Positions 36,501 to 50,100 of a DNA stretch of 64,000 bases are shown in pieces. Position numbers and translations under genes: made by a program. The DNA is taken from positions 22,523,365 to 22,587,364 of the forward strand of contig NC_092678.1 in assembly GCF_964355755.1 (NCBI RefSeq), in the 5' to 3' direction. A model generated the notes under the pieces. That model ran no database searches. It saw only the letters and a list, made by a program, of their open reading frames with translations, and was not told the DNA's origin. How positions within the stretch are numbered: position 1 is the stretch's first letter; the number at the start of each line of letters is the position of its first letter. The stretch comes from Antedon mediterranea. Its lineage: Eukaryota; Animalia; Echinodermata.

Positions 36501-38540
36501 TTCTTCTACACGTTAATATGTTGTTGCTAAGATAATTTTCTTCAGAAATTGCTATCGTTGTGTTGTTTTTTTTATGACGTCATCATGTTAAATATTTGAA
36601 TTAAAAGCAGGTCCCATAATTCAGTTAATATGTACAGTAGTACAATGTACACCAGCATAGTCTCTGATGTGAGCAAATTGTTGTTTGCCGCCCTCTGTAT
36701 CATGTAGAATTAATGTCTCCTTTTATACACAGTGTACTGTATAATTATAATACAAGGCGAAAATACAGGACCACCTCTTATTATAGTTTTTAACGTATGA
36801 CGTGCACGTGGCATCTGTCGTGCGGATAACTAACTCGTCAAAGTGACGAGTTTCATGTCTAGTTATTTTTATTTTTTTTTTAATCAGAACTTGTATGATA
36901 TATATATGTTTTACACACAAGTTCCATTTTTTTTTTTTCGCAGGTGAAAAACTGTTTGACATTGATAATGGACGAGGTAGTCATGGTGGGCCAACTCAAC
37001 ACTTTACTATTATATTTAACACCTTTGTATTCATGCAAATTTTCAATGAAGTTAATTCAAGGAAAGTACATGGAGAACGTAATGTTTTCGATGGAATATT
37101 AAATAACTACATTTTCGTTGGAGTAGTTGTAGCAACTGTAATTGCACAGGTAAGTGTCTCGGATATTAAGCTCTGTCTACACTATCAAACTAGTTTGAGA
37201 AAAAAATGTTGGATGTGCCCAAATATGGTAGTGGTATGACATCATGTCCATATATGGGCACAGGATATTTTTTGTCACATAAAATTTGAAAGTGTAGACA
37301 GAGCTCTACTTTATTTGACTGAGTACAATAGTCCCATTGGCCTGGGTATAAAAATTTGGGGTTAGAATTATACTTGGATTACATTACCAATAACATTTCA
37401 GAATTTAGCTTAAATTTGGATTGTATGTTCTTATGTAAAAGGGTCCTAAAAAAAAACGAAGCTACAGCTTTTTATGCAGGATCCTTGTTATCAGTTGTAT
37501 TGCAATTATGATGTAATTGATGACTGAATAAATGAAAAAACCATTTGTCTTTCAATTTTTTATAATTTGATATCTTTTGTTAGATAAACAGAATGCAATT
37601 GAATTGTTTGTTTCTTTAGATCCTACTAGTGTGTTTTGGAGACATCATATTTAGCTGTAAAGCATTGGACATAGTCCAGTGGCTGTGGTGTATAGCGTTC
37701 GGTCTTGGCACTCTTCTGTGGCAACAGTTAATCTGCTCCATACCGACGAAATCTCTGCCAAGGCTGCTGGCTATTGGCCGCGAGGCCGACACCGGTATCC
37801 GCATCACCACGGCAGACGTGAGCGATCAGGCGGACGTAAGCCGGTCAGAGTCACGAGCCGAATTGAGACGTGGCCAGATATTATGGATGAGAGGAATCAC
37901 ACGTTTGCAGCAGCAGGTATTATATCAGGATTTTTACGTTTTTATTCATACTTGGACTGAGGATGAGTACTAACTACATAATTTTAAAAAGTTATAGTAG
38001 GCCTCTTCTTGGAAACAGTTGGTTCTGTTGTAATAATAATTATAATGGTACTGTAGTTTTAAGCCCTGTCTACACTATCAAACTTTATGTGCAAAAAAAA
38101 TGTGATGTACCCATATATGTACATGATGGTGTCATATCACTACCATATTTGAGCATATCACTACCATATTTGAGCATATCACTACCATATTTGGGCACAT
38201 TACACTTATTTTGTTAAACTAATTTTAATAGTGTAGGCAAAGCTTTATATAGCGCCTAACACAATGTTTCTAAGCGCATTACACAGAAAAAAGATCCATA
38301 AAATATCCTATAAAGCAGAGGAACCTTAAAATGTAGAAGTAATGTTTTTTTTTTGTTTTTTTTTAGATAAGAGTAGTTCACGCATTCCAAGATGGTCTCA
38401 GGACAATAGAACGCAAAAGTCTTAATAACTCAATCCACGAGTTCATGTCAAATCAAAGCAAATACGATATTGGAAGTATTAAGCATGATGCCGATAGTGC
38501 CCCGAACTCCACCGTGAATAGTGCGGAAACTGCTCTTTAA
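3559..38540 (+). CDS. ATP2B: Plasma membrane calcium-transporting ATPase (PMCA, P2B-type ATPase), 18 coding exons, ~1163 aa
   Basis: Phase-consistent GT-AG exons: 3559-3712, 4009-4191, 5291-5527, 16546-16671, 21242-21415, 24322-24414, 26589-26732, 27057-27259, 27346-27588, 27758-27999, 28330-28564, 29046-29225, 31729-31923, 32292-32483, 33031-33244, 36944-37149, 37620-37916, 38367-38540 (3492 nt). Motifs: [36 protein letters not shown] (phospho-Asp), [32 protein letters not shown], CaM-binding [22 protein letters not shown]-terminal PDZ ligand ETAL. Confidence 0.97.
4986..5141. mobile_element. Harbinger-family MITE (degraded)
   Basis: TCTACACTATCAAACTTTATGTGACA...TGTCACATAAAGTTTGATTGTGTAGACAGACC; same internal sequence as other copies. 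Confidence 0.8.
5581..5720 (+). mobile_element. Harbinger-family MITE (right end degraded)
   Basis: TTA|AGCTCTGTCTACACTATTAAACTAG...GTCACATAAA. Confidence 0.8.
6109..6647. mobile_element. Non-autonomous DNA transposon with TTAA TSD (Kolobok-like, AG termini)
   Basis: TTAA|AGATGTATTGTCCTTTGA...TCAAAGGGACAATACATCT|TTAA. Confidence 0.8.
11844..14246 (+). CDS. Harbinger transposase (HARBI1-like DDE nuclease), 3 exons, 397 aa
   Basis: Exons 11844-12174, 12299-12414, 13500-14246 join into an uninterrupted 1194-nt ORF; motifs [55 protein letters not shown]. Confidence 0.93.
13044..15916 (-). CDS. Harbinger ORF2: MADF (Myb/SANT-like) DNA-binding protein with BESS-like C-terminus, 3 exons, 242 aa
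   Basis: Minus-strand exons 15916-15754 ([17 protein letters not shown]), 14486-14305 ([19 protein letters not shown]...SGSG...[14 protein letters not shown]), 13427-13044 ([15 protein letters not shown]...KLKIQEII); phases consistent, 729 nt. Confidence 0.88.
16755..16905. repeat. Imperfect ~15-bp minisatellite (ACACTAGCCCAGTAC)
   Basis: Direct tandem copies visible. Confidence 0.8.
19050..19860. repeat. 15-bp minisatellite (ATAATCATTGCTATC / ATAATCATTAGCATC)
   Basis: About 50 units; gives spurious low-complexity ORFs. Confidence 0.95.
21759..22336 (-). mobile_element. Non-autonomous Helentron/HINE-like element
   Basis: Minus strand starts TTTATTACCTCCGCCAAGGAGGT (subTIR plus hairpin), has a (TG)n tract, and ends GGCGGAGGT-TT-GTACTCTCGGAGTAC hairpin-CCTCTAGTT. 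Confidence 0.75.
22590..22695 (-). repeat. Dispersed repeat with tRNA-like A/B boxes (second copy ~32595-32700)
   Basis: Minus strand AGTGGTCTAATGG...GAGTTCGAGTCTC; both copies share ACCATTAGACCACTG.GGCTTTC...GTATTGTTCAAA. Confidence 0.55.
23150..23595. repeat. Compound (ATC)n/(GTC)n microsatellite
   Basis: Direct inspection. Confidence 0.95.
24322..24414 (+). CDS. PMCA 93-nt symmetric (phase 1-1) exon in first cytosolic loop (splice site A region)
   Basis: aatcag|GT AAA CAG CCC GAC GAC ATG GAG TCG CAA ACT AAA...AAA C|gtaaga; translates [31 protein letters not shown] in frame with flanking exons. Confidence 0.75.
25345..25592. repeat. 16-17-bp minisatellite (CATTGGTACCTTTTTC)
   Basis: About 14 tandem units. 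Confidence 0.9.
26204..26338 (+). mobile_element. Harbinger-family MITE
   Basis: AGCTCTGTTTACAC...GTGTAGACAGAGCT|TAA. Confidence 0.85.
28756..28959. mobile_element. Short Harbinger-like MITE (CWG TSD family)
   Basis: CTG|GGCTGGCATTTACAAA...TTTTGATAAATCTGGCCC|CTG; related to 45427-47145. Confidence 0.65.
29281..30950. repeat. 17-bp then 19-bp tandem array (GGCGACACCTATATTAA; G(G/A)GGACACCTCTCTATTCA) inside a pogo-like MITE
   Basis: About 1.7 kb array bounded by CAGTAG (~29258) and ACTGTA (~30961). Confidence 0.93.
31568..31680 (-). mobile_element. Harbinger-family MITE, partial
   Basis: AGCTCAGTCTAC...GTGATGTGCCCATATGTGGACATGATGATGTCATATCAC. Confidence 0.7.
31943..32206 (+). mobile_element. 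tRNA-derived SINE with L2-like tail
   Basis: B-box GGTTCGAATCC, core CCACCCAGGTGTATAAAATGGG, tail GCGCTTTATAAGAATGAACTATTATTA; the same tail occurs at ~10320-10400. Confidence 0.7.
32815..32967 (+). mobile_element. Harbinger-family MITE
   Basis: TAA|AGCTCTGTCTACACTAT...ATAGTGTAGACAGAGCT|TAA. Confidence 0.92.
33311..33650. mobile_element. Two isolated Harbinger-family TIR ends (33311-33333 and 33630-33650)
   Basis: TTA|AGCTCTGTCTACACTCTCAAA and TTA|AGCTCTGTCTACACTATCAAA; the second is followed directly by the nested Helentron-like pair. Confidence 0.7.
33666..36862 (+). mobile_element. Outer Helentron/HINE-like element containing a nested related copy
   Basis: 5' TTAGTTATCCGC-TTGGTTACCAA-GCGGATAAC; 3' GCGGATAACTAA, hairpin AACTCGTCA-AAG-TGACGAGTT, then CTAG and a T-rich flank. 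Confidence 0.8.
33727..35313 (+). mobile_element. Inner Helentron/HINE-like element
   Basis: 5' GGTTATCCGCAAC-TTTAA-GTTGCGGATAACC; 3' GCGGATAACC, same hairpin, CTAG|TTTTT; body is homologous to 35320-36600. Confidence 0.8.
37169..37305 (+). mobile_element. Harbinger-family MITE
   Basis: TTA|AGCTCTGTCTACACTATCAAA...AGTGTAGACAGAGCT; 20 bp downstream of a PMCA donor site. Confidence 0.9.
38062..38244 (-). mobile_element. Harbinger-family MITE with three 21-bp units
   Basis: TTA|AGCCCTGTCTACACTATCAAA...GTGTAGGCAAAGCT|TTA. Confidence 0.88.
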
Positions 38541-40035
38541 GAGGCTGTATGACATGATTTCAATCGTAAGATACTGGACAACAATAATTAAGAAAGTGTG
38601 TGTTTTATTATGCAGAGAGGGAACTGGTAATGGAATCAGAGGTGGTCTAAGAACCCTACTGAGCGGTACAGAGGTGATACGGCAGTGGTGTATCGTAACC
38701 TCAATGTGTACATACCATCATATATTTACCCGTTCTTTAGAGGTTTTTTAACACAAATTACTGGGATTTTTAAGAATGAGATGTTTTAACGTGATTGACA
38801 CGAACTTGAGAACGAGTTGTCGTTATGTATGTCTGTGTGTTTCAGTTAAACTCTTTCTGTTTTCCATTTGAAAATTACGTGATAAATTTATCGTGTGTGT
38901 ACGTACAATTTGAAATGTTATCTTGCGTGTGTGAAATGACGTCGTTCATGCGATCACCGTAAGTTCGTACTTATTGTTTCGTTTTTTCAGCGGAAACGGG
39001 AACTTGGTTAGATTGAGCATGACAAGAGTAATCACTCCGGTTCTAATATGTTTGTCGTGAGTGTCTCATTTGTTTCCTCCAGTAGAAAGTGGAGTGGTAT
39101 ATACTATGTATAGATTGTCAATGAATTTTTCTTACTGTATTCAGTTCTTATTTTAAAAAATGTTTTGTTGTATATTAATTATATTACATTTTTTAATGTA
39201 TACATATTTTGTTTTTTAGTTTGATTTATAGCAATAATTGTTTATTTGATTTGCGTGTTTTCCGTTTCGAAAGGAGAGTAACTTTGGATGGCTGTACTGT
39301 TTTAGCAGAAACAAAGGTCGTTTACTACAAATATATCAGCAATTATAGTTAATAAAAATTAATTATCTTTTTAATATATTTGGTGAATTTAGTTGTATGT
39401 TTTTTAACAAATAATTTATAAACAATTTTTTAATTCAATTTAGTTTAAATGTTTAGAAAAATCTGTAAAATTACAACCTTATTAAAAATGTTTGGTACGG
39501 TAGGTTCATATTTTCATAAATAGATTGTAATGAATTTTGTGTAAAATACTAAAGTGGTATATACATATCTTAGTTAACCTTGATACTACAAAATATTCTA
39601 ATTATTATATAACAAACAAAATATAACATCATAATTGACCTATTAGTATACTATTATATACCTTAATTTTTTTACATACATTTTCTTTAGCCAGTAAAAT
39701 AGGTGGTTTTATATACAATGATAGTTTAGTAATACCTTTAAAAAACATGATAAATTCATATTGTAATATATATAATTGTCTTGTTATTTTATAAAAGAAA
39801 GTTATTAGTCTTATCTAGTCCAGTAATTGGGATTTAGTATAATTATTATGTCAGTGGGTTTGGACAAACCTTGATATCCTAGTATATTTGTACACTGTAC
39901 AGACTATTGTATTGTGATGAAGTTTGATCAACATTGTATAGTATATTAAAGTCAGATGTCCATATAAAGTAATTGAATGACCTTATATAGGACATAAATA
40001 CCCATCCAATCAGATATCCATATGTATAGTAAACA

Positions 40036-41806
40036 CAGGTGTTTATATAGTTTGAAATGCATCCAGTATGCCACACATTAAATACAGTAAACCTCCAATG
40101 TCCATTGTGGTCATTGCATGATGATATGGAATACAATTTGACCTTTTGACCTCGTGTCATCCAGAGTTTTAACTTTCCTACACCAATATACAAGAAAAAT
40201 AAAAATGATTATTTTGAGATGGTAACGAAATTAGAATTCTTTTTATCAGTTAAATAGGTATCTGTACCCCTGACCAATGTAGTAACTAACAATGTTTTTA
40301 AGGAAAAATTAGCATGTAGATTTTGCATATAATTACAGGTGGTTCAGGTGTTTAACTATAGAATTTATGTGAACTAGATCAAATGAGATTATGACGCTCG
40401 GATATTAGCAGAGTCGATAACTTGGTAATTTAGGAATGATTAGAATAGTTGTCGTTCTTTCTAGTGTTCAAATTTTTATAAGGTATCCCGAGAGAAGCAT
40501 ATGATTGGGTGTTGTGTTCCTCTTGTAACTGATAATTTGCATATATCGTGGGGTTATCTGAATAAACAGGTGGTCTCCTTGTAATATATATTTGTTGCTA
40601 GGGTGAAATTTAATGCAGATATAAAAACAAACCTTGATTGGTTTTTATCTGTTTTTGTAACCATAACAACAGCGAGTATCTGTTTTTGTAACCATAACAA
40701 CAGCAGATATTTGCAACAGTGAATAATATAAAGTGTGTAATGTTGATAAATAGCTAACTAATTTTGTATATAGGCTATTGCTAGTTGCCATGGCAATGTA
40801 GCAACTATTTGTAGAGAGAGTTAACTTGGATTGTTTGTGCCCATTTGTTGTGAAATTGTTTGTGTGATACTGTTTTAAAGGTTCAGATAGGAAACAGTGA
40901 TTCATGTTTCACTTAATCTGATAGATGTAACATATATTGATCCAACGTAATCGTCGTTAATCAAGCTTGTCTATCCGCAAGGAATTAAATTGGAATCCCT
41001 TTTATTTAGATCTTTCATTTTCCAAGGTGTGATTGCTGAAAATTCCCTTAAAGCTATGTACGTGTATAACCGACACCTGGCAATTATGTAAATGCCATAA
41101 AATTTACCTATTTACATATGCATAAAACATATCCCCCTGGCATATACATAATAGTAAGTGTGGTGTGGCTCTTAATTTGCATGCAGTGTTACACCTGGTG
41201 AAAAGTTGTTACGGTAATTACATGTGCAATGATTTGTTTTAATTAAATATGCGAATAATCTGCATATTATTAATAAAGTTATACATATGCAATGTGTATT
41301 TTGCATATTTGTACAAGGATAATACATGTCATTAGAATATTTATGCATAAATGTTTTTACATAATCATTATTATCCCAACAGGTGTGTATTTGCATGCAG
41401 TAGGTGTGACTTTTATATAACAGTTTCGTCTATAAAAGTTTGGGATATATTATTTGTGGACGAAACTACAATTACTAAAGGACTCTTTTTAATTACATTT
41501 TAGGTTTAGGCAAAGGTGTTTAGGTATTCATTATAAATTTAGTTGATTAATTTCTATGCATAAATTAACAAAACTGATTAGAAATTGAGTGCTTTTACGT
41601 TTGCTAGATGTAGAGATGGAACTGAAGGCACAACTTCTACTAGATTGTGGACGTTAATCGGTCTTCGTTAGTATTTTAATTGTACCATCGTCTTTGTTTG
41701 TCTATTTTAGAGAATTGGTTCATGAAAAGGGCATAATGAATGGTTAGAATTTCTTCTACCTACCGATGCATTGTTAACCACCTGTGAGTTTTTCACTGGA
41801 CACCTG
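40036..41806. promoter_or_regulatory. Candidate enhancer: RFX X-boxes, nine CAGGTG E-boxes and ATTTGCAT octamers
   Basis: X-box-like GTAACCATAACAAC (40657, 40688) and GTTGCCATGGCAAT (40784); E-boxes at 40036, 40336, 40345, 40567, 41074, 41192, 41380, 41779, 41801. Confidence 0.45.
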
Positions 41807-42394
41807 CCCTGGTCTGTCACCTAGGTGTACAAGCTGTAACATTTTGTAAGGGTTTTCCAAATTTTGCAATGTTTGTAATAAAGTTGCTAATCTTTTAATA
41901 TCAGTGAATTAGCCCATACAGAATACAACACCTTTGCAATTAACATATCATACTTGGTGTATTTATCGGGAACTAATTTTATTAAATGAAATGTCGAAAC
42001 CAGGGTTTATTGAACTTCTATGTACGTACATTCAATCAGTCATGAAATGCAATAGATACTTCTTAATGTAACATAAAAAATAAAATAAACAATCGCCAAT
42101 AAAATCTATTATACATAATTATATTTAATTTTTTTTCTTGTATATGATTTTTGTTTTACATGATGGATTGTTTATATTATTATTATTGTAAGTTTTTAAT
42201 TTTTATTTTATTTGTTAGCACTCCTCATGTAATTATATATGTAAAAATGTTAAGCACAAATTAAAACAAAAACAGTTGCAAAATCAAATTTGTTCTGTGT
42301 ATATTTATCATTATTTTATTGATAGAGAAAGAAAAACAGAAGAATTGGCCAAGAAATGTACCTTTTAGAAAAATGGAATATTCCATATACAAGC

Positions 42395-42600
42395 GTGACA
42401 TTTGATTGGATAAAAGTTGAAGACCGCGAAAACATCGCGCGTCAATTAAGGTGGTTGTGCGCGTTTCAATATTGTCGTCCAATCACAAGTCTGAGTTGCG
42501 CGTAAATTACATTTGAGAAGTGATGGAACACGCTACTTCAGAAACGACACGCCAAAAAAGTGTCATTCCAGTTGACAGACTCATCGAGTGTTCACGTCGA
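42395..42600 (+). promoter_or_regulatory. Alpha-tubulin proximal promoter
   Basis: CpG-rich patch with ATTGG/CCAAT boxes (~42405, ~42479) and E2F-like CGCGAAAA/CGCCAAAA just upstream of the ATG exon. Confidence 0.55.
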
Positions 42601-42668
42601 CCTTACCAAGAACCACATTTTTATAGTTTTTCTCCCGTGAAGTTTCAACTAATTTTAAAACTTTCAAC

Positions 42669-45003
<2,335 letters not shown>

Positions 45004-45426
45004 ACATTTAAACACTTTGAACATTTAAAATTTTAAAGGATACTTTTAAAATTGTTATATAGTTTTACATTTACAGAGTTGTATTGAATAAATAAAAGTT
45101 AAATAATAGTGAAATTGATTTTGCTGTATTTTTTTAAGAAGAAATTTCTGGGATATGAAGCAGCTGTATCATCATTCAAGATAAATGAAGTTTATCCCAC
45201 CACCTCCACCCAAAAAAATAAAATATGATGCTATAGAAATAATGCTAAAATGTAGTAATAATGAAAATTATGAACAATTTATGTGCATATTTTTTGCTGA
45301 TTTTATGAGAAATCTTAATGCTATTTTTAATAATAATAATCAACAATATCCATCCATAAAGATGTTTTTCCCCCACCACCCAAAAATGAGAGAAGATATT
45401 TTTGCGCAAATAGCCTATTAGTCCAG

Positions 45427-47145
45427 GGTTGGCATTTATCAATATTTGCTTATATTTTTGCTTAAGGTGAAATATTTAAGAAGTGCTTAAGCAAATAACT
45501 TAATCTTATTTATCAAACCGTCTTAGGGCCTGTTTCTGCTGAGCAGAAATAATCGATTATTAACCGTTTATTTTTTTAATCGATTATTTTTGGGCAGCAG
45601 AAACGGCGCAAAATAAAATAACCGATTAAAAATAACCGATTAAAAACACTCAATCCATTGCGTGTTTTAATCGATTATTTCTTGTTTTAACCGATTATTG
45701 CGGAGCAGTTTTGAGCTGCAACACAAATAGCGATTATTGACCTCACTTTGACCTCTAGAGTATGACAAACTTATTCACGTCACAAAGCATGCTGTTTATT
45801 TGCGCGATATCGACGACGATCAGCAAAACCACGATCGCGATGTAGACCGAATAAAAATCAAATGTTAAACATTTGATTTTTATTATTTTGTGGGGGAGAA
45901 TTATACCGAGAGACTCCGGGATTCTGTGTTACAAGTACACCCGTTACATACCACCAGTTCAGGCTAACGATGTTTTACATGTCATTTGTTAGTAGGCCTG
46001 TTGTCTGTTGACTTGTTTCGGTAGAAATATAATAGCCTCTAGGCCTAGCAGGCCGAAGGTAGAACCAACGAACGGCGAAACGAACCTTTTTCGCCGACGT
46101 GTCCTTATTAATATAACATCATCGGTAGTAGGCCTAGATGTTTATTTTAGAAATAATAAAGCTTTACGTAAGAGTAATTTTTAATCCTACATGTGAGAGT
46201 TTTAGGCAGCGATAGGATGTAAACAAACCAACTCTCATCATCGGCCTTTCATAACTTGAACTGCGCTGTGGGGGAATGATGACGTGATTTTAAAAACCGA
46301 TTACCTGAATAACCGATTAAAATCGTAGCAATTTTCAATTGCAACGCGATTATTTTTGTGGTTTGCGGTGACTGGAAAAAATCGATTATTTTGATTTTTT
46401 CAGCAGAAACAGACCCTTAGCAATGTCTTAGCAGAAAAATTGTCTTAGGTAAATTTTACTTTGCACATGCGCAAAATTAAACTCTAGAGGGCAGCAAATT
46501 ATGTCTTAAGACGAAAAATTCTTGCTTACGCATGCGTATTAGCTTTTTTCTCTTAGCGATGGCGGCGCTATAACATTTTATCTCCGTATTTTCACTCCCA
46601 ACAAGAGAGGGCGCATTCTGGCTACTATTGTTTTTATTACTTGAAATAGAGAAAGAGCACAACAGTCGGAAATATATACGAAAATCATTCGCTCTAAACT
46701 TAAATCAAATCAACATTTATTTATTTTTATCAATGACAGCGACCCTTGGCAGCCGATACAGTTTTCTAAAAGCTAGTCAATTGGGTCGTACCTATCCCGA
46801 AAATATTAGTTTTGCTCGTCCAATTTCTAGGCCATCTTTGTGAAAATCGATATCATTATTTTAGCGTCCGTAGTACAGCGTAAAACGCACTAGCGTAGCC
46901 TTTCCGAATGTTCAATGTTCCGGCCTAGCGCGCTCGCGTTGTCAAAAAAGAATGTTTCTGTTGCAGAAATGAGATAAGACGAAATTTTTCATCTTAAGGC
47001 AGGGTGTTTTTCGTCTTAGATTTAAGACAAAATTAAGCAAATTTTTTTGCTTAGATATATTGATAAATCTGACTTAGGCAAAATCAAGGATTTAAGGCAA
47101 AGTTAAGACGATTTTTTTGCTAAGCAAGTTTGATAAATCCGGCCC
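45427..47145. mobile_element. Non-autonomous Harbinger-like element carrying a nested MITE
   Basis: CAG|GGTTGGCATTTATCAA...TTGATAAATCCGGCCC|CTG with repeated GCTTAAG/CTTAG motifs. Confidence 0.7.
45526..46416. mobile_element. Harbinger-like MITE with TTA TSD
   Basis: TTA|GGGCCTGTTTCTGCTGA...TCAGCAGAAACAGACCC|TTA; subterminal AATCGATTA/AACCGATTA repeats. Confidence 0.85.
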
Positions 47146-47148
47146 CTG

Positions 47149-50100
47149 ATCCCTATGTCAAAAAAAGTGCCTTCGTGTGCAGATAATGGGGAAAGTGTAA
47201 ACATTGTGTTTTATGAATATTTGAATCATGCTGGTTATAAAAACCCATGTTGTCAAATTTCTAAAATTCATCTTTGACCTCTGACCTCAATTTGAATGTT
47301 TTGACCCATTGAAAACAAAATGATCATATCTTTGCAACGCTAAGATTAAATGAAATAATTTTAGTGTCAAATTATTTGGGAGATGCATATTAATATTCGT
47401 TCTAATGGAAAAGTTTGTCCAAAAATGGCTGGAAGTATGATTTTTGGCATATTTGACCTTTGACCTACATATCATATAACTCCGTAACTAATAGTTGGAC
47501 AAACTTTAATTAGGGCTCAAATTAATCTGAAGGTATATGTTTCTATTCAGTCTAATAAGAACTTTTACAAGAAAATGACCCAAAATATTTTTATTGACCT
47601 TTGACCTGTACTGGTAGTACATATTTCTATAATCTAAAAAACTATTGGCCGTAAAATGGTTGTTTTTGTGAAATGGTTCGAACAATTTACATTTATATGT
47701 TGTATAATAACAACATTTTATAGAAATGTAAAAGAATTCTATTTATGATCACTAACTTTATAATTTATTAACATCACTAGCATTTGTTAGAATATTAAAA
47801 TGTGTTATATTTGCTGATTTTAAGCACTTCACATGAATTTATCAGAATTAAGTGTATTTAATATAAAGTTTATTTTTTTTTTTATATAAAGAAAATTTAA
47901 TTGTCTATCAAATAAGACTATTTTCAAATTATTATGGCTAAAACTTAATTAGATACAGGCAAAAAAGTGTATTTTTACTTGTGTGAACAGCGCCCTCAAT
48001 CTTCATTTTTTCCCCAAAAATACCACATTTTTATGTGTTTTCCTGAACTAAACAGGTTATAACTTTGTTTTAAAGACTTTTTACAGTAACCTGTAATTTA
48101 CATACCTCTTTTATAACGTACTAGGTCAGTTTCTGAAAAAATTGAGAAAAATATTCCGATAGCTTGATATTTTTGTTGAGGTTATTACATGATACACACA
48201 CAAAAAAAAATTTAATTTTGAGCTAAAAGTCCATCTTTTTGGTTTAATAAAAGCTATCTAGCAGATATTAATACACAAAATTCATATTTTATTGGATAGA
48301 TATTATGATTATCTTTCCAATAAAATATGCTGTTTGTTTAAGAATGGCTGTACAAGATTGTTTGTACTGGACCAAAAAGATGGATTTTTAGCACAAAATC
48401 AAAATATTTTTAGCATGCACCATGTAATAACCTCAGGAAAAATATCAAGCTATAAAAATATTGTTTTCATTTTATCTCAGAAACTTACTTAGTATATGGT
48501 AGAAGGTGTATGTTATAAGTTACACGTCACTGACAACAAATCTTTTAAAAAGTTACAACCAGCTAAGTTTATGAAACCACATAAAAATGTGGTATTTTTG
48601 GGGAAAAAATGAAGATTGAGGGCGCTGTTCACACAAGTAAAAATACACTTTTTTGCCTGTATCTAATTAAGTTTTAGCCATAATAATTTGAAAATAGTCT
48701 TATTTGATAGATAATTAAATTGTCTTTATATAAAAAAAAACAACTTTATATTAAATACACATATTTTCTGATAAATTCATGTGAAGTGCGTAAAATCAGC
48801 AAATATGACACATTTTAATATTATAACAAATGCTAGTGATGTTAATAAATTACAAAGTTAGTGATCATAAATAAAATTCATTTACATTTCTATAAAATGT
48901 TGTTATTATAAAACATATAAATGTAAATTGTTCGAACCATTTCACAAAAACAACCATTTTACGGCCAATAGTTTTTGAGATTATAGAAATATGTACCGTA
49001 TATTTCGGTGTATAAGTCGCACTTTTGACACGCAAATTTGACCTCTAAATTAAGGGTGCGTCTTATACACCGAACATAAATGCCTCACCACACAAATTGT
49101 ACATAGGCCTAGGCTATCGTCACCTCGTTTGCTAGGCCTGAGTAGGCTAGGCCTAGCTACAGTAACTAACTAACGTAACGGCAACCTGCTTCTGCCTAGG
49201 CCTAGTTTTCAAGTCATTTTAGCATGATGTTATACTAAATATGATGAAAAGATTTGTTCATTATGGCGCTCCGATAAAATTTCATTTGTAAACGTTTACG
49301 TCGTACGATTGGAATAGTATTTATTTATACAGTAGTTATACGCACGATCGCCGTACCCCAAGCGCAAGCCCTTCTTTTGGTGGCACATGGTGTACGGTAT
49401 TCGACTAGTATATTCTCCAGGTGATTATAGCATGGACCTAGCGTACACACTTCTCGGATACATAGATACTAATCGAATACGATTGTCCGTGAAAACGTGC
49501 GCCCTCTCGAAATGATCGAGCGAGGCTAGCCCACACACGTGCGTGTTACACACACGGTCATGCACTCGATGTTGCGGCGAAACTCATGAATAACAAGTTA
49601 GAAAGAACTTGTTGAGGCTGGGCGCGGCCGAGCCTAGGTAAGAAAAAACCTAAATAAAGGACGCCGTTGTAGATATAACAAAATATATAATTACAATAAT
49701 ATTGATTACAATTTAAAAAAACATTGTTTTGATGAAATATAAGGTGCGTCTTATACATCGACGATATAAAAAATACCGATATTTTACTCTCAGTTGGGGG
49801 TGCGTCTTATACACAGGTGCGACTTATACACCGAAATATACGGTACTACCTAGTACAGGTCAAAGGTCAATAAAAATATTTCGGGTCATTTTCTTGTAAA
49901 AGTTCTTATTATACTGAATAGAAACATATACCTTCAGATTAATTTGAGCCCTATTTAAAGTTTGTCCAACTATTAGTTACGGAGTTATATGATATGTAGG
50001 TCAAAGGTCAAATATGCCAAAAATCATACTTCCAGCCATTTTTTGACAAACTTTTCCATTAGAACGAATATTAATATGCATCTCCCAAATAATTTGACAC

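Noticed and set aside
37917-38366. Alternative site-C exon of PMCA
   Set aside because: The intron position matches vertebrate site C, but it is short, largely MITE, and shows no convincing exon.
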